A model generated the notes under the pieces. That model worked only from the letters and a program-made list of their open reading frames with translations, searched no databases and was not told the origin of the DNA. Both the position numbers and the translations under genes were made by a program. A stretch of 63,541 nucleotides of DNA, filler included, from Globobulimina sp. (Eukaryota): assembly GCA_003354225.1 (NCBI GenBank). It is 32 parts of 32 records of this genome, joined end to end, with 100 filler letters (N's around TTAATTAATTAA, not from the genome) between each part and the next. Parts side by side here need not be neighbours in the genome. Positions count along the whole stretch, not along the records: positions 9,951 to 11,839 come from PIVH01010862.1; positions 11,940 to 13,828 come from PIVH01010863.1; positions 13,929 to 15,817 come from PIVH01010864.1; positions 15,918 to 17,806 come from PIVH01010865.1; positions 17,907 to 19,795 come from PIVH01010866.1; positions 19,896 to 21,784 come from PIVH01010867.1; positions 21,885 to 23,773 come from PIVH01010868.1; positions 23,874 to 25,762 come from PIVH01010869.1; 24 more parts are not named here. The stretch is one strand, 5' to 3'. Below are positions 11,795-24,179 of this stretch, piece after piece; within the stretch, counting starts at the first letter, position 1; each line of letters begins with the position of its first letter.

Positions 11795-12166
11795 TCCATT
11801 TATTATTGTGTATAAAATGCATGTCGAATTAATCGCGGCNNNNNNNNNNNNNNNNNNNNNNNNNNNNNNNNNNNNNNNNNNNNTTAATTAATTAANNNNN
11901 NNNNNNNNNNNNNNNNNNNNNNNNNNNNNNNNNNNNNNNAGTCAATTTTTTTAATTTCCAATTGTGTACCGAGCTCGGTTCCAGGCTCCACAACAATTGC
12001 AAGTGGGTAAAATTCGATCAAAATTCTTAATTCCAATTTCCAACGAGAGCACAATTAATACTTTGTTTACGTATAAAAGCAAGAAAAATATTTTTACAAT
12101 ATTAGTGTTTCTATATCTACATTCAAGTGCATATATTTAGACTTCAAGTCATGATCATTTTGTTTA

Positions 12167-13828
12167 TTACCTACAAAATGAGAATTCATAACTTAAATGA
12201 CGGCTTCCTTTGACTGCATCGATACTAACACCATCATCATCAGTTTCATCTTCTGTTTCATCTTCTGTGGTATCAAAATTATATCCATCAATCTCAGCAA
12301 CTATATATTCCACACCATTACCATTACCATTGCCATCTTGATCACAATCACTAACTTCATCCGTTTCTATCATTTCTATTTTTTCATAGTTCTGATTATT
12401 TCCGCCTTCACCAATCATATCGCCGCATGAATTTACACACAATCTATTTTTATCTATTCCTATGCCTCCTTCTCGATTAATTTTAATATTGATATTATCC
12501 AAACTCCCTAAACTCGTTCGTCTCAATGGCATATATACGCTAGTTCTTCTTTTTAGTGTTGGCATATTATCATTGATACTCTCATTCTCATTATCAATTA
12601 TCTCCCCGTATGAATCTAATTTAGTTATTATTACCTGCAAATCATCACATTCTAACTCTATTATACATAGCAATTTACCTAATGACTGTGTTTAGTGTTT
12701 ACAATATATATTATTTATGTGCCTTGGTATAAAACTAAACTCGTTTAAAATCTTCGAATGCCTCGGATTTATTATCTGCAATTTCGTTTAATAGCGCATG
12801 AATATTATTATTATTTTCATGATCGTTGATGTTTGACAATATCTCAATTTTACACGATATGCCATCCACAATTGGTATAATGGATATTGTTTCAATTCGG
12901 CCATCATCGGTTTCCATTGCTTGACACAAACATTCAGCGAATAATTTATGACAATAATAGTGCCGAATCTGTATCGCATTACTTTTTAGATCTAACTTGT
13001 ACATTAATTTGTATTTAAATTTATTATTAAGTGATTTGGTTAAAAAAGCGTCAAAACAGCGCGATAATAACGTTAAAATACCAACGATTGCGGACAATGT
13101 ACTAAAGCAAAACGCGACAATTGTGATTGGATTGATATCTGTCCGCGTATTGATAGTGGTCAATACTTGTATTATAATCAATGGTATATTCTCCAAAATA
13201 TTATTATTTATAAACCTGAATTGTTGTATTCGCAGCCTCTCCATATCACAAATCTGCAGTGTCAGTCGTGGGGCATAAAATAATTTCGATGATAACAACT
13301 CAATCGTTGGCACAAACCCACACAAAACAGTCAAACCAATAACTAAATTATCGTATCGTTTGATATATGTTATCCGATTCTCTTTCCATTTATGTACATA
13401 ACACATTGCCGCTATAACAGATATAATATGCGGCAATGCAGTGAATACAAATGATGAATAAAACATTAGTTCAGCGCCACTGAGAAAAATGCATATACAA
13501 AACATGATATCGGTGTATAGATCGGCGATGTTAATAAAACATTTAAATACCGCTAAATATTGCGGCGAATCTGATCCTTCCAAATGCGAATGATGGATAA
13601 CTGCAATAATCACAATCAATATTGGTAGGAGTAGCAATACAATGATTGCACCATAGCCAATCATTTGGAATTTATTATTTGGATCGAAATATGCAGATAA
13701 GCCACGTATGGACTCTTTCTTATATATTCCGGTATCTGTCTGACTGTTGTACTCTTCATCGGAATGGCTCTCGTTGTAGTACCAGTACCAGGTAGTATTA
13801 CTGTCGATATTCTTGCAAATGTCAATGG
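12167..13828 (-). CDS. Multi-pass membrane protein with acidic cytoplasmic tail; 5' partial, intron at about 12693-12740
   Basis: Several hydrophobic segments in ORF 12735-13664, continuing in ORF 12167-12673. Confidence 0.7.
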
Positions 13829-13928
13829 NNNNNNNNNNNNNNNNNNNNNNNNNNNNNNNNNNNNNNNNNNNNTTAATTAATTAANNNNNNNNNNNNNNNN
13901 NNNNNNNNNNNNNNNNNNNNNNNNNNNN

Positions 13929-14939
13929 GGATAATATGGCTAATTTGATATTATTTTTCGAGTTCAATAACTGTTGGAAATGTAAATGCAATCTATCGAT
14001 GCGATCGTCGCCACCAAATATCTCATTCACCAAAACGTTTTTCTTTAATAACTTGATCGCATTCAAATCGTTCAATTCGTGGCTAATGTTATGATAAGTT
14101 ATCGTCTGTTGGAAGGAATAAATTATTAATTTAATATGTGGATGGTATAAACTGTTATCATATGCTAATAACTCACAAATATCATCATACGCTTGTTTCA
14201 GGTACGAATGTTTGCTGTTTTTGTCCAAATCTATAGCCATTTGTAAATATTTGAGCGCGGTTTTGTTATTATTCATGCATTGCGATAGAAACAATGAATA
14301 TTGGTATAACATGTTCATATCTTCGTGTTCCGATAACCGTAACGCAGTTTGGAAGGATTTATTTGCTTTTTTGAACATTTGCATGCTTTTTAAACATTTT
14401 GCGTATTGGTAATGATACCTAAAAACAGTGGGTTTTAGTTTTGTAGCTGTCAGTAAGAGCTGTAATGCTTTTTGCTGATTCTGTGGGTTCTGTTGGGAGC
14501 GTACCAGTAATAAGCGGGCATAGTGATATTTGACACAAGCTCGAGGTGTTAAGCAGTTCAAATAGCAGTGTTCTGCTTTGCTATAATTGCTTAATTCGAA
14601 GGATAATTTGCCGTACTTAAACCAACAGAGTTCATTGGTCGGACTTAATTGCAGACATTTCTCATACATTTGGATGGCGATGTCGTTATTGTTGAGGTGT
14701 TGATGGTGGAGATCACCAATTTTAATGTAAATGAATGGGTTTTTAGGGTGTTTTGTCATTGATTTGTGGTAATATTTTAGTGCGGCTTTGTGTTGGTTTA
14801 ATTCGATGGAAATATCTCCTAATTTGTCAAATAAGGAGTGTGGGTCACCAGAAGCTACTACTTCTAATAGTAATTGTTTTGCTTGGGCAAATTGTTTGTT
14901 TTCGAACAATTTCTTTGCTCTTTGAGTTTTAGACGGCAT
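13929..14939 (-). CDS. TPR repeat protein; 3' partial
   Basis: Repeated TPR consensus, e.g. AIQMYEKCLQLSPTN..WFKYGKL..AEHCYLNCL. Confidence 0.85.
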
Positions 14940-14998
14940 TATCAAACTATAAGAGTTTTTAAGCTAATTAGAACATTTATATATAATAATGGATGATG

Positions 14999-15817
14999 TT
15001 ATTGCGCAAAATACAAATCAGTTAAAACAACGCCAGATTTTGCGGCATAATGATGTGCATCAAAGCCACCATTCTTATGACTAAACCAAAAATATAAATA
15101 TTCCAATTCTTTCTGTTTAAATACGACTGGATTTAATTCAATGCTTTTTAAACTAAAGTGATTATTTGTTGTTGCCAATGAAATTATTGATTTGCATAAT
15201 TGTAACGAAGAATCCTTTGTACATTGTTTGAATGTAAAATAATCACTCACTTCATATTGCTTTTTTGCATACGCTTTTTTCTTTTTTGGTGTTTCGTGAT
15301 AAATGCCAATATATTTCAAATGTTTATTACTTTTTTGTTGCGATACATACTCCATAAAAGCTGCAATATTTGCATTTGAATTGTTCCATTTCGTATTATA
15401 TTTAAAATTCTTTTTGATATAAACACATTTAAAAGTCTCTAAGTTTGGAAATCCATTCAAATTTGTAACCGCATATTTTAACTCTTGATCAGAACCATAT
15501 ATTTGCAGTGTTAATTTCTTTAATGATAGCATTCGTATTCCATCCTTAATAATTGCTGTAGAATCGGTATGGAACTCTTCCAATCGGTCATAAAAACCAA
15601 TCAAATGAGTTAAATAACGTTCATGCCGTTGATCAACAGCAGTTGTTATCAATTTATACTTTTTAACATTGGGCGCATAGTCTAATATATATTTGCATAT
15701 TGCATCAATAACCAAATGGAAAGAAGTTATCTGATAAACTAAATTTTGCGCTATCTGACCAACATTGCTTTTAACAAATTTCAACGAAATGGTTGTTAAA
15801 TTCAAACATTTTATTGT
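14999..15817 (-). CDS. Hypothetical protein C-terminus with degenerate LRR-like segments
   Basis: 268-aa ORF; LKKLTL..FPNLETF..LKYIGI pattern. Confidence 0.55.
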   Translation of the reverse strand, partial: TIKCLNLTTISLKFVKSNVGQIAQNLVYQITSFHLVIDAICKYILDYAPNVKKYKLITTAVDQRHERYLTHLIGFYDRLEEFHTDSTAIIKDGIRMLSLKKLTLQIYGSDQELKYAVTNLNGFPNLETFKCVYIKKNFKYNTKWNNSNANIAAFMEYVSQQKSNKHLKYIGIYHETPKKKKAYAKKQYEVSDYFTFKQCTKDSSLQLCKSIISLATTNNHFSLKSIELNPVVFKQKELEYLYFWFSHKNGGFDAHHYAAKSGVVLTDLYFAQ

Positions 15818-16342
15818 NNNNNNNNNNNNNNNNNNNNNNNNNNNNNNNNNNNNNNNNNNNNTTAATTAATTAANNNNNNNNNNNNNNNNNNNNNNNNNNN
15901 NNNNNNNNNNNNNNNNNATAATGTTCCCTTGTGATTAATAAATGTGTACACCAAATATATTTTAGTTTTTGTTTATTCATTTTGTGCTGAACCTTAGTTT
16001 TTTTTCGCTGCTTTATTTGTATACATACGTTTCCTATTTTAGTATACAGTGAGTCCTGCTTCTGGATTATAGCTATTTTAATAATACGAATTGAAATTAC
16101 AAACACATTAATAAAACAAAAAAGGAAAACAAAAAGTCTGTTTTATACTAAAAAAACACCAAAAATTGTTAAATAAAATGCAAACAATGAGAAACAAACA
16201 ACAACAGAATAAAAATAACACAAAATTAATTATTCTAACAACACATGCCATATATCATATCCTTGCACATCATTTTGAACATATGCGATATTTATATTTT
16301 ATTGACGTACCGATTATCGTCAAAAAAGCTGTTTTACCTAAA

Positions 16343-17540
16343 TTAGATTTGTATATAGTATATAATATGTAAAACATACTCAGTCGTTATTTTGTGCATT
16401 GATGAAGTTGAGTGCATATCATCACTGTACATATAGTGCGACTGGGAATGCGACGGCCTCCCATCATTACCATTATTGTTAACAATTGAATTTGTTAGTG
16501 AATGATCCATATGATCCGCCATCATAACATACCTATCGGCAACCACATGATCAGAGGAATGTTGCCGTTGATATGTTTTTTGTGCAGCGCCATAAATTGA
16601 ATTATGGCACCAAAAACAATACCGTTCATAAAGGTAACTCCCAATTGAAAAACTAAAATATATGGCAACTACATACGTGATGATACCAATGAATTCAAAG
16701 ACGTCCGCTAATATGGTCCAGGCCTCTTCTTGATGTTGAAAGTAGTCATCGGCCACAAATATGTCAACTAGGCGACAAATTGTGGTAATTACATCAATCG
16801 AGGCAGACATAAGAATGATGGAACAATATCTGGTCATCAGCAACAGTAACAAATGATGTCGGTCATTGACCAACGGAGAATCACTAAAACTCCAACCAAC
16901 TGCATAATTGTGGATGATTGCTTTTAAGCAATATATTAATCCAAAGTCTATGCAGAGATTCACCACTAAGTTGCTCAGAGTATATAGAGTTGCGGCGATA
17001 TCCTTGAATGTTTCATCAATTTTGGTTGATTTGGATATCGATAACATGCATAATGTATATATTATACTCATGCTAATACTGCATATGATTAATACTTCTG
17101 TGCACAATAAGGCTGGCTTAGATATTGCATTTCGTGCATTATCATTTGATCTGTGTAGTGTGTACATGTCTCATTTTCAGAAATCACAAATCAGAAACAT
17201 TATACCTATACAATTTGCGTATTGACACTACAAAATATTTAAAATATAATGCTTGACCACCATCCATCAATAAATTGCCTAAATGGAAATAAACATTTCC
17301 ATTTATCACAAATGGGAATTCGAATAACAATGATTTCATTATAAATCCAATAAACAACACAATACCGCATGAGATGGAACATATCTTCATTCGTATTGTT
17401 GGTTCCATTACCTCTTTTGGATGAGATATTGATTTATTGCAATACAATAGTCTAATTAAACATAATGTGATTACCACACATATTATTGCTCCGCATATTT
17501 GTAATGTGCAATAAATTGTTCTACCCACTGTATTACGCAT
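16343..17540 (-). CDS. Putative 7TM (GPCR-like) membrane protein, spliced
   Basis: About 7 hydrophobic helices across ORFs 17184-17540 and 16343-17167; cysteine-containing tail YERYCFWCH. Confidence 0.65.
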
Positions 17541-17906
17541 TATAACACTTTTAAATTAAAAGTTTTCACTAGTAAGTCACAAAACTATTTCAACTCTTTT
17601 TTCCACATTTAACACCAACCATCCTTACCACATATTCACCAACCAAATCTTATTCAAAAATCTGCATTTCCACATAATGCATTGTTCAACACATAGTTAT
17701 AGCTGCAGTGGTGATATTGATTCAGACAATTCATCATCGGACACATCAGTGACTGGGAAGCGGGCTGTATGATACTAAGCAAACAACAGCACCAAAAACA
17801 ACATCANNNNNNNNNNNNNNNNNNNNNNNNNNNNNNNNNNNNNNNNNNNNTTAATTAATTAANNNNNNNNNNNNNNNNNNNNNNNNNNNNNNNNNNNNNN
17901 NNNNNN

Positions 17907-19795
17907 ATCGAATTAGAAACACTTTTGCGAAATAAAACAGTGCAATCCATCCTAGCTTCGCGCGATATGAATGCCGAGAATATTATAACTATTTTATGTA
18001 CGCCAAAGCCAACAGCAATAAAGCCAGAACCATCGGTATCAGCACCAGCAAAAGATTTAGATATTGAAGATTTTGAATCCGTATTTTGTAGATTGCGGCA
18101 ACGCGCTTTTATCGAAGGCGATTGCCCGGTCGGTTTATTGTGTGACAATGCGTATTGTATTTATATTTGGATGTATTTCCTGAAAAAAACAAACTACGAA
18201 TATGCCTTAAATGCGCATAGTGATAATTGTTTTGTGGCGCTGCGACCCTGTTTAGGCACGTCTGAAATATACTTATTTTGCGCCAAATATTATACTCGAA
18301 GTGATCCCTTTGATATTGATGTGTCATTCATTTTATGTGAGAAGAACACACAAACTGAAAAGTATGAATCCTTATTTATCAATGATGAATTTCTCAGAAT
18401 TCAAAGCAATCGAAGCAAACATGTGATTGCCAGAGCTTATAATGTCGGCTCCGGCAATGTTGGCAATGAGAAACGCAAAGATTGTGTGGAAAAAGTAAAA
18501 GTCATTAAAGATTGGAATAACTTATTTGTGTCTCGCTGGACTACGAAACATATTAATTTGCCGTTTTTTGAGTGTATGAAGCAATTTGTGTTCAATAAAG
18601 TTGGTGGAAAGGTGCCGTTATCCGCTTGCGTCGATGTATTGAATCAGATGTTATTTTGGCACGCAAAGCAAGGCAAAGAGAAGGAGACAATGTCTATGAT
18701 TATGGACAAGTTGGACGCGCAGAACAAGTCCTTTTATTTGTGTGATATCGATATGGATGATTCCTATAAATATGATAGTCGCGCCTGGGGATATTTGTGT
18801 CGCTTTTTATTCCATTTATATTGGATTTGTTTTAGCGATTCCTCGCAGAACACTCAATTATTTAATTCCAGTATGTTGACCATGGACATTATGCAGAAAT
18901 TATTGAATGGAACGTATGGTGCACCGCATAGAGTCATTGCGTTGTTAAGTTGCATTTTAGCACCGATTGCCAATCAGTTTATGGATCATATTATTAATTC
19001 CATTCATAAATCAAGCGATTTGCTACGAAGATACCAGTATTTGTTATGGTATAATTTATTAAATTGTGCCTGTTTTAATGGGAATGGTAATAATCAGCCA
19101 GATGTTAAAGATTTTAACTTTGATGTTAAAGATTTTAACTTTCAGCCACAATTTATTAGAATGATCCAAATCGATGTGAATATATCGCGCATTACCAAGG
19201 TTCCCAGAGCTCAGCCGTTGGAGAGGGAGGCTTTTTGGATTCTGACCACTGCACTGCGGAAATCGCATGATGACAAACATAAATATCAATGTTTTAATAA
19301 AATGTGCGGTGTATTGTCAGTCTATTCGTCGACACAATATTCCTATGTGCTGGACACGTATAAGCAGGAAATCTGTATCATTCTGAAAACCCAGAAACGA
19401 CCGTTGAATGCCGCAATTTCTTTGTATGACACATTAGACCCAAAACAAGACACCGATCGCGTCGCATTAATTGAGTTAATTGCAGAATTTGTAAAATCGT
19501 ACACGCCCACAACTAAAGAGAACGCATTGCATAAATTGAAGATATTATTGCAAGAAAATAAAATATTTTCGCAACACACTGTATTATTAAATGCCATAAT
19601 GGTTAATGATAAGATATGTTATAAGATGTATCTGATTACGTATTTAATCCCAATATTAAAATTAAAAGAGAATGAGACGCGATTAGGTGTAATATATGAT
19701 TTATTTTGGCAACATTATGGTTTGCGGCAGACATTATATATTTTGATCGGTGATTATAAGTTACCCATTGACCCATTCATAGATACGATTAAAAC
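17907..19795 (+). CDS. Large hypothetical protein, internal fragment
   Basis: ORF spans the whole contig; includes a 21-bp tandem duplication (DVKDFNF x2) at 19101-19142. Confidence 0.7.
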
Positions 19796-19895
19796 NNNNN
19801 NNNNNNNNNNNNNNNNNNNNNNNNNNNNNNNNNNNNNNNTTAATTAATTAANNNNNNNNNNNNNNNNNNNNNNNNNNNNNNNNNNNNNNNNNNNN

Positions 19896-20015
19896 AATGT
19901 TGATGATTTAAATAATATTAATTCAACATTATCACAAATTATACGAGCAAGAAAAACAAAACCAAAACCAAAACAAGTATCAACAACAAATACTAAATTG
20001 GATGAATTACCAAAA
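19896..20015 (+). repeat. Inverted duplicate of 20682-20778 (fold-back)
   Basis: Exact reverse complement apart from an extra 23 nt (19975-19997) in this copy. Confidence 0.95.
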
Positions 20016-20946
20016 TTAAACTCGTTGTAATTTACTAAAATTAATGTTACTAAAATCAGAGCTCTGACGTGGCGAATAAGAATACAATAAAAATTGTAAA
20101 TTATTTCCAAATGTTTTGACTAAATAATTATTCATTTTGCGACGACCCCGCTCAACACCAACTCCCTTCAAATTTGGATATAAACCATATAATGTTTGTA
20201 ACTTTTCTTGATTGAAACTTGATGTAAGAACAATGCGGTTCAATATAAGATGTTCAACATTTTTAAATTTTGTTAGTAACGTCCAAAATTTGTCTTTACC
20301 AAATCCGTCTTTACCGAAGTGAACAAAATGTAAATATTTAATGTTTGCCACATTAATACAAGTTTGATTCATAAAAGGTTCAATATTTATGTCGTCCATA
20401 TCTTTGCCATCCAAGCATAAATTTTCTAATTGATTGACGATAAATTGTTCATTTTGCGATTGTGGCAATATTAATTCATTAAATTTTGTCATATTTATTT
20501 GAAGGTTCTTTATTGAAGCAAATCGAGCTAAATCTATTGATGAATAATCGTTAATGGCACATAAATCCAATTTCTTTAACATATTCGGTGAATTGCAAGC
20601 AATGAAAAGATATCTATTTGTTTTTTCAAATTGAAAATATTGTTTTTGTTCAAGAAATGATGAAATATATCCAATTAATGCTTTTGGTAATTCATCCAAG
20701 TTTTGGTTTTGGTTTTGTTTTTCTTGCTCGTATAATTTGTGATAATGTTGAATTAATATTATTTAAATCATCAACATTAGGATTTGTTATTGATGGCGGA
20801 TTAATAAAATGATTAAACAATGCGGTAGAAATTAAGTCGGACTGATTGAGATCAAATATTTTACCCATTAACGATAGAAATTCAGGTTTGGATAATTGTT
20901 TTATTAATAATTTGAATGTTATTCCTTTTACAAGTTGCGTAGTCAT
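20016..20946 (-). CDS. F-box-like/LRR protein; this copy is frameshifted by a 23-nt deletion and truncated at the fold-back junction
   Basis: LDELPKALIGYISSFLEQKQYFQFEKTNR F-box-like motif followed by LRR-like repeats; the inverted copy supplies the in-frame linker PKPKQVSTTNTKLDELPK. Confidence 0.7.
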
Positions 20947-21143
20947 GACCAAGGTATGGCGGCAAGCGAAACACAGAATTTAATTGTTTTTTTTTCTTAA
21001 ACTAACGCGATACTAGTAATGGACAAACTACATTCTGCTTACAACGATGACGCACATTTTGTTACAGTGGCTAGCTGTACGCGAAACTGATGAAACAACA
21101 CAATTACCGCCAGCATATAACGAAGAAGGTGCGATAACACCCA

Positions 21144-21683
21144 TTGTATCAAAAGAGCAGGCCAATGTTGACAATCAATGGTAAATCTGAATCTGGTCAC
21201 AATGAAATAATTACACGTTCAGATATAAAATCTGAATTGGAGAAAATTTCAGATTTTAAGCGAAAATTACAAGATCCCCAAACAACATTCGCGTGCAAAT
21301 GTAAATGTAAATGTTGCAATTTATGGATCACTGGACATCTTCGATTAATATTAAATTTGATAATAATCATTTTTTTGATGTATTTTGTATTAATTAATGT
21401 AAACACATTACATTGGATGCACTACATTTTCATTGCTATCTCATTTTTAGAGTTAGTAACTGTGCCTATAACATTATATGGATTATATCATTGTGATACA
21501 GGATGTTTATCCATTTTAGTCATACGATATTTTATGTTTACTATCTTAGAGGCAGCCATTGAAGAAGATGGAGGTTGGGGGTTTTGGGCGCTATTTATCA
21601 TATTTGTTGTGTTAGGTTTTGGTTCAATGTGGTTCCAAATAGGGCGTATACCAACCGATACGAAATTGGGCAAAGTATTTTAA
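21144..21683 (+). CDS. Small 4-TM membrane protein
   Basis: CKCKCKCC followed by four hydrophobic segments. Confidence 0.65.
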   Translation: MYQKSRPMLTINGKSESGHNEIITRSDIKSELEKISDFKRKLQDPQTTFACKCKCKCCNLWITGHLRLILNLIIIIFLMYFVLINVNTLHWMHYIFIAISFLELVTVPITLYGLYHCDTGCLSILVIRYFMFTILEAAIEEDGGWGFWALFIIFVVLGFGSMWFQIGRIPTDTKLGKVF

Positions 21684-21884
21684 AGATGGTGGAGTTTACG
21701 ATGTTAATATGTGTAAACCACCAGGCTCTGATGATTAGATTTGAGTGTCTTAATGTTTCATGTTTTTTGTGATGTGACTTATTTNNNNNNNNNNNNNNNN
21801 NNNNNNNNNNNNNNNNNNNNNNNNNNNNTTAATTAATTAANNNNNNNNNNNNNNNNNNNNNNNNNNNNNNNNNNNNNNNNNNNN

Positions 21885-22994
21885 TCCCCACCGGACAAAC
21901 ATGGTTATTGCTCATTGGGTCTACTTTGGCTGACGATTCCTTCAAACTCCGTAAATATCTCCGTTTTGCCGATTTTATATCCATCCAACTGCCATATAAA
22001 TATGACTAAAAGCAAACAATTTTATAAATTATGTACGTTTTTTATAATTTTATAAATTATATACCTTTTTGGAACGTTTTTTATTTTTGTTATCGTTTTC
22101 TTGATTTAACAGATTGAATAAGTATTCAGTTGTTTTTGTGACATTGTTTTTATTTTGTTTCAATGCATGCAAACACTGCGCGTATGTTTTCTGAGTGGTT
22201 TCCATCAAGTCGTTAATAGCGGAACTGTCCGGGATTTGAGTCATTTTAATGTTTTGATGCCAATCGGAGGCACAAAAAAATGCATTTTTACAGCGATCCT
22301 GTAGTGTCCAGGCGATACGAAAGGGGTCCAATTCTATACCAACATCACTCACATGATTACATGCTCCGATCTCAATGGTTGGTGGCTCAATTTCATGCAA
22401 GTACCATCGACCAAATTTTAACCGAACTCCAATGTATTGATAATCTGACAAAAAAAAGGAGCGTGGACCATTTTTATAGAGTAATTATGGGAAACACTTA
22501 CCAGACAGTCCCCAAACAGCTAATTGATCGCGCGAAATACCGCGAAATTGTTTTATTTTAATGCCCAACATCACGGCAGGTGCAGTTAAATCAGGTACGC
22601 CGCAAAACATTGGTAACATATTAATCTCATCGATATTATTATTAATGGCTGTTTTTGTTTCCATTGGTACTGGTTTTTTAGCTGTGTTCTCTTCATTTAA
22701 TAAGGTTGATAGTGGATTGTCGGCCAACGCATTTTGTGCATCAGCTGCATCATCGTCGGACCAGCCACCGTCACCACCATCAAATTCATCGGCGAATTCG
22801 TCGTCTTCTTCATCCGCAAAGTCTGCGTCATTCATATCATTCTCGTCATCTATGAAAACATTTTCATCATCACCGCCTTCTATTTGTTGTTGTTGTTGTT
22901 CTTCTTCTTCCCATTCATCTTCAAATTCAACATCACCGTCATCATCAAACTGATAGTCCTCATTGTTCTCCATTACACCGTCGTCGCTTGCCAT
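21885..22994 (-). CDS. Protein with acidic N-terminus, PARP6/8-like N-terminal region and UBA-like domain; spliced, 3' partial
   Basis: QLAVWGL|SDYQYIGVRLKFGRWYL..PPTIEI resembles the PARP6/8 N-terminal region; INDLMETTQKTYAQCLHALKQNKNNVTKTTEYL is UBA-like. Confidence 0.45.
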
Positions 22995-23101
22995 GGTTGC
23001 GATTAGCAAATATGTTGCTCGAATGTAACACAAAAACCTTTTCAAATAAACACTGAACTCTGCACTTTGGACAGTAATTCAGCGAATACACACAGAGATA
23101 A

Positions 23102-23773
23102 TCATAAAATAGAACAGTCTCTCTTCTTAGTCTTACTTTTATTGTCATGATCAATTATTTCTCTTTCCATTTTATCCACCAATTCATACCATGCTGTCTC
23201 AACAGCATACTTATCAAACTCATTTAAATAATGATTTACAAAATCTTGACTGACAACAGTTTTATGATGAACACGAATTTCCACTTCTTTACCATATTTC
23301 AACTGTTTTTCATCGCGACTCCAATTAAACAAACCCGCTCCGGTTGAGGTCTTAAAAGGATTTAATTCGATAACAATACAATCCAAACCATCCTCCTTTT
23401 CTTTTCTCTTTTCATCCAAAATTATGACTCCAATGTCAATCACATAGCTGGCATAAGGCACTTGTCGTTGAATATTTTGTTTAAAATAATTTGTAATTTT
23501 ATTTTTGATATTTTCTACAAATAATAAATTGTCACCCAATTCAGCAAAATAGCAATAATGATTATATTGTGATATTGCTCTTAACTCTCTGCCATAAACA
23601 AAACATCTCCATTCCAAATCATCTCGAATTCGATTGTCCCATTTTCTAATTGCGATTGATACATTACATATTTCCCATTTTTTTTCATTCCATTTCAATT
23701 CATCCTCATCCTCAATCTTTTTTTCTTCACTTTCATCATTTTCAAACATTGTCTTGCTTGTAAATTGATTATA
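23102..23773 (-). CDS. Cdc123/D123-like (R2K clade) ATP-grasp protein, C-terminal half, ending in a CaaX box
   Basis: IRKW..LEWRCFVYGRELRAISQY..YVIDIG..VIELNPF..TGAGLFNW; C-terminus KSKTKKRDCSIL*. Confidence 0.88.
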   Translation of the reverse strand, partial: YNQFTSKTMFENDESEEKKIEDEDELKWNEKKWEICNVSIAIRKWDNRIRDDLEWRCFVYGRELRAISQYNHYCYFAELGDNLLFVENIKNKITNYFKQNIQRQVPYASYVIDIGVIILDEKRKEKEDGLDCIVIELNPFKTSTGAGLFNWSRDEKQLKYGKEVEIRVHHKTVVSQDFVNHYLNEFDKYAVETAWYELVDKMEREIIDHDNKSKTKKRDCSIL

Positions 23774-24179
23774 NNNNNNNNNNNNNNNNNNNNNNNNNNN
23801 NNNNNNNNNNNNNNNNNTTAATTAATTAANNNNNNNNNNNNNNNNNNNNNNNNNNNNNNNNNNNNNNNNNNNNTAAATAAATATGACAAACAATTCTGAT
23901 AATTTCAAAAATAATTCGTGTATTTATTGCCATTTGTCCTTGATGTTGAAGTTGAAGAATTTGATGATTCACCGATATGAATTATACGATGACGAATCAA
24001 TTAGGAACGTAATTTAGAACACAACATCTGTATAAGCTGAATTTAGTGCTTGTGGGAATATATGAATTATATTATACAGTATATTGTATAGACAACATTT
24101 TTGCCCGTAATTATAAAAATAGCTTGTTAAACTAAGTAGAAGTGAAAAACATTGTTTATTCTTCTCTCCTTACTTTCTG

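Noticed and set aside
11966..11982. gtaccgagctcggttcc resembling a KpnI-SacI-BamHI vector polylinker
   Set aside because: Only 17 nt with a mismatch and no flanking vector sequence; compatible with chance.
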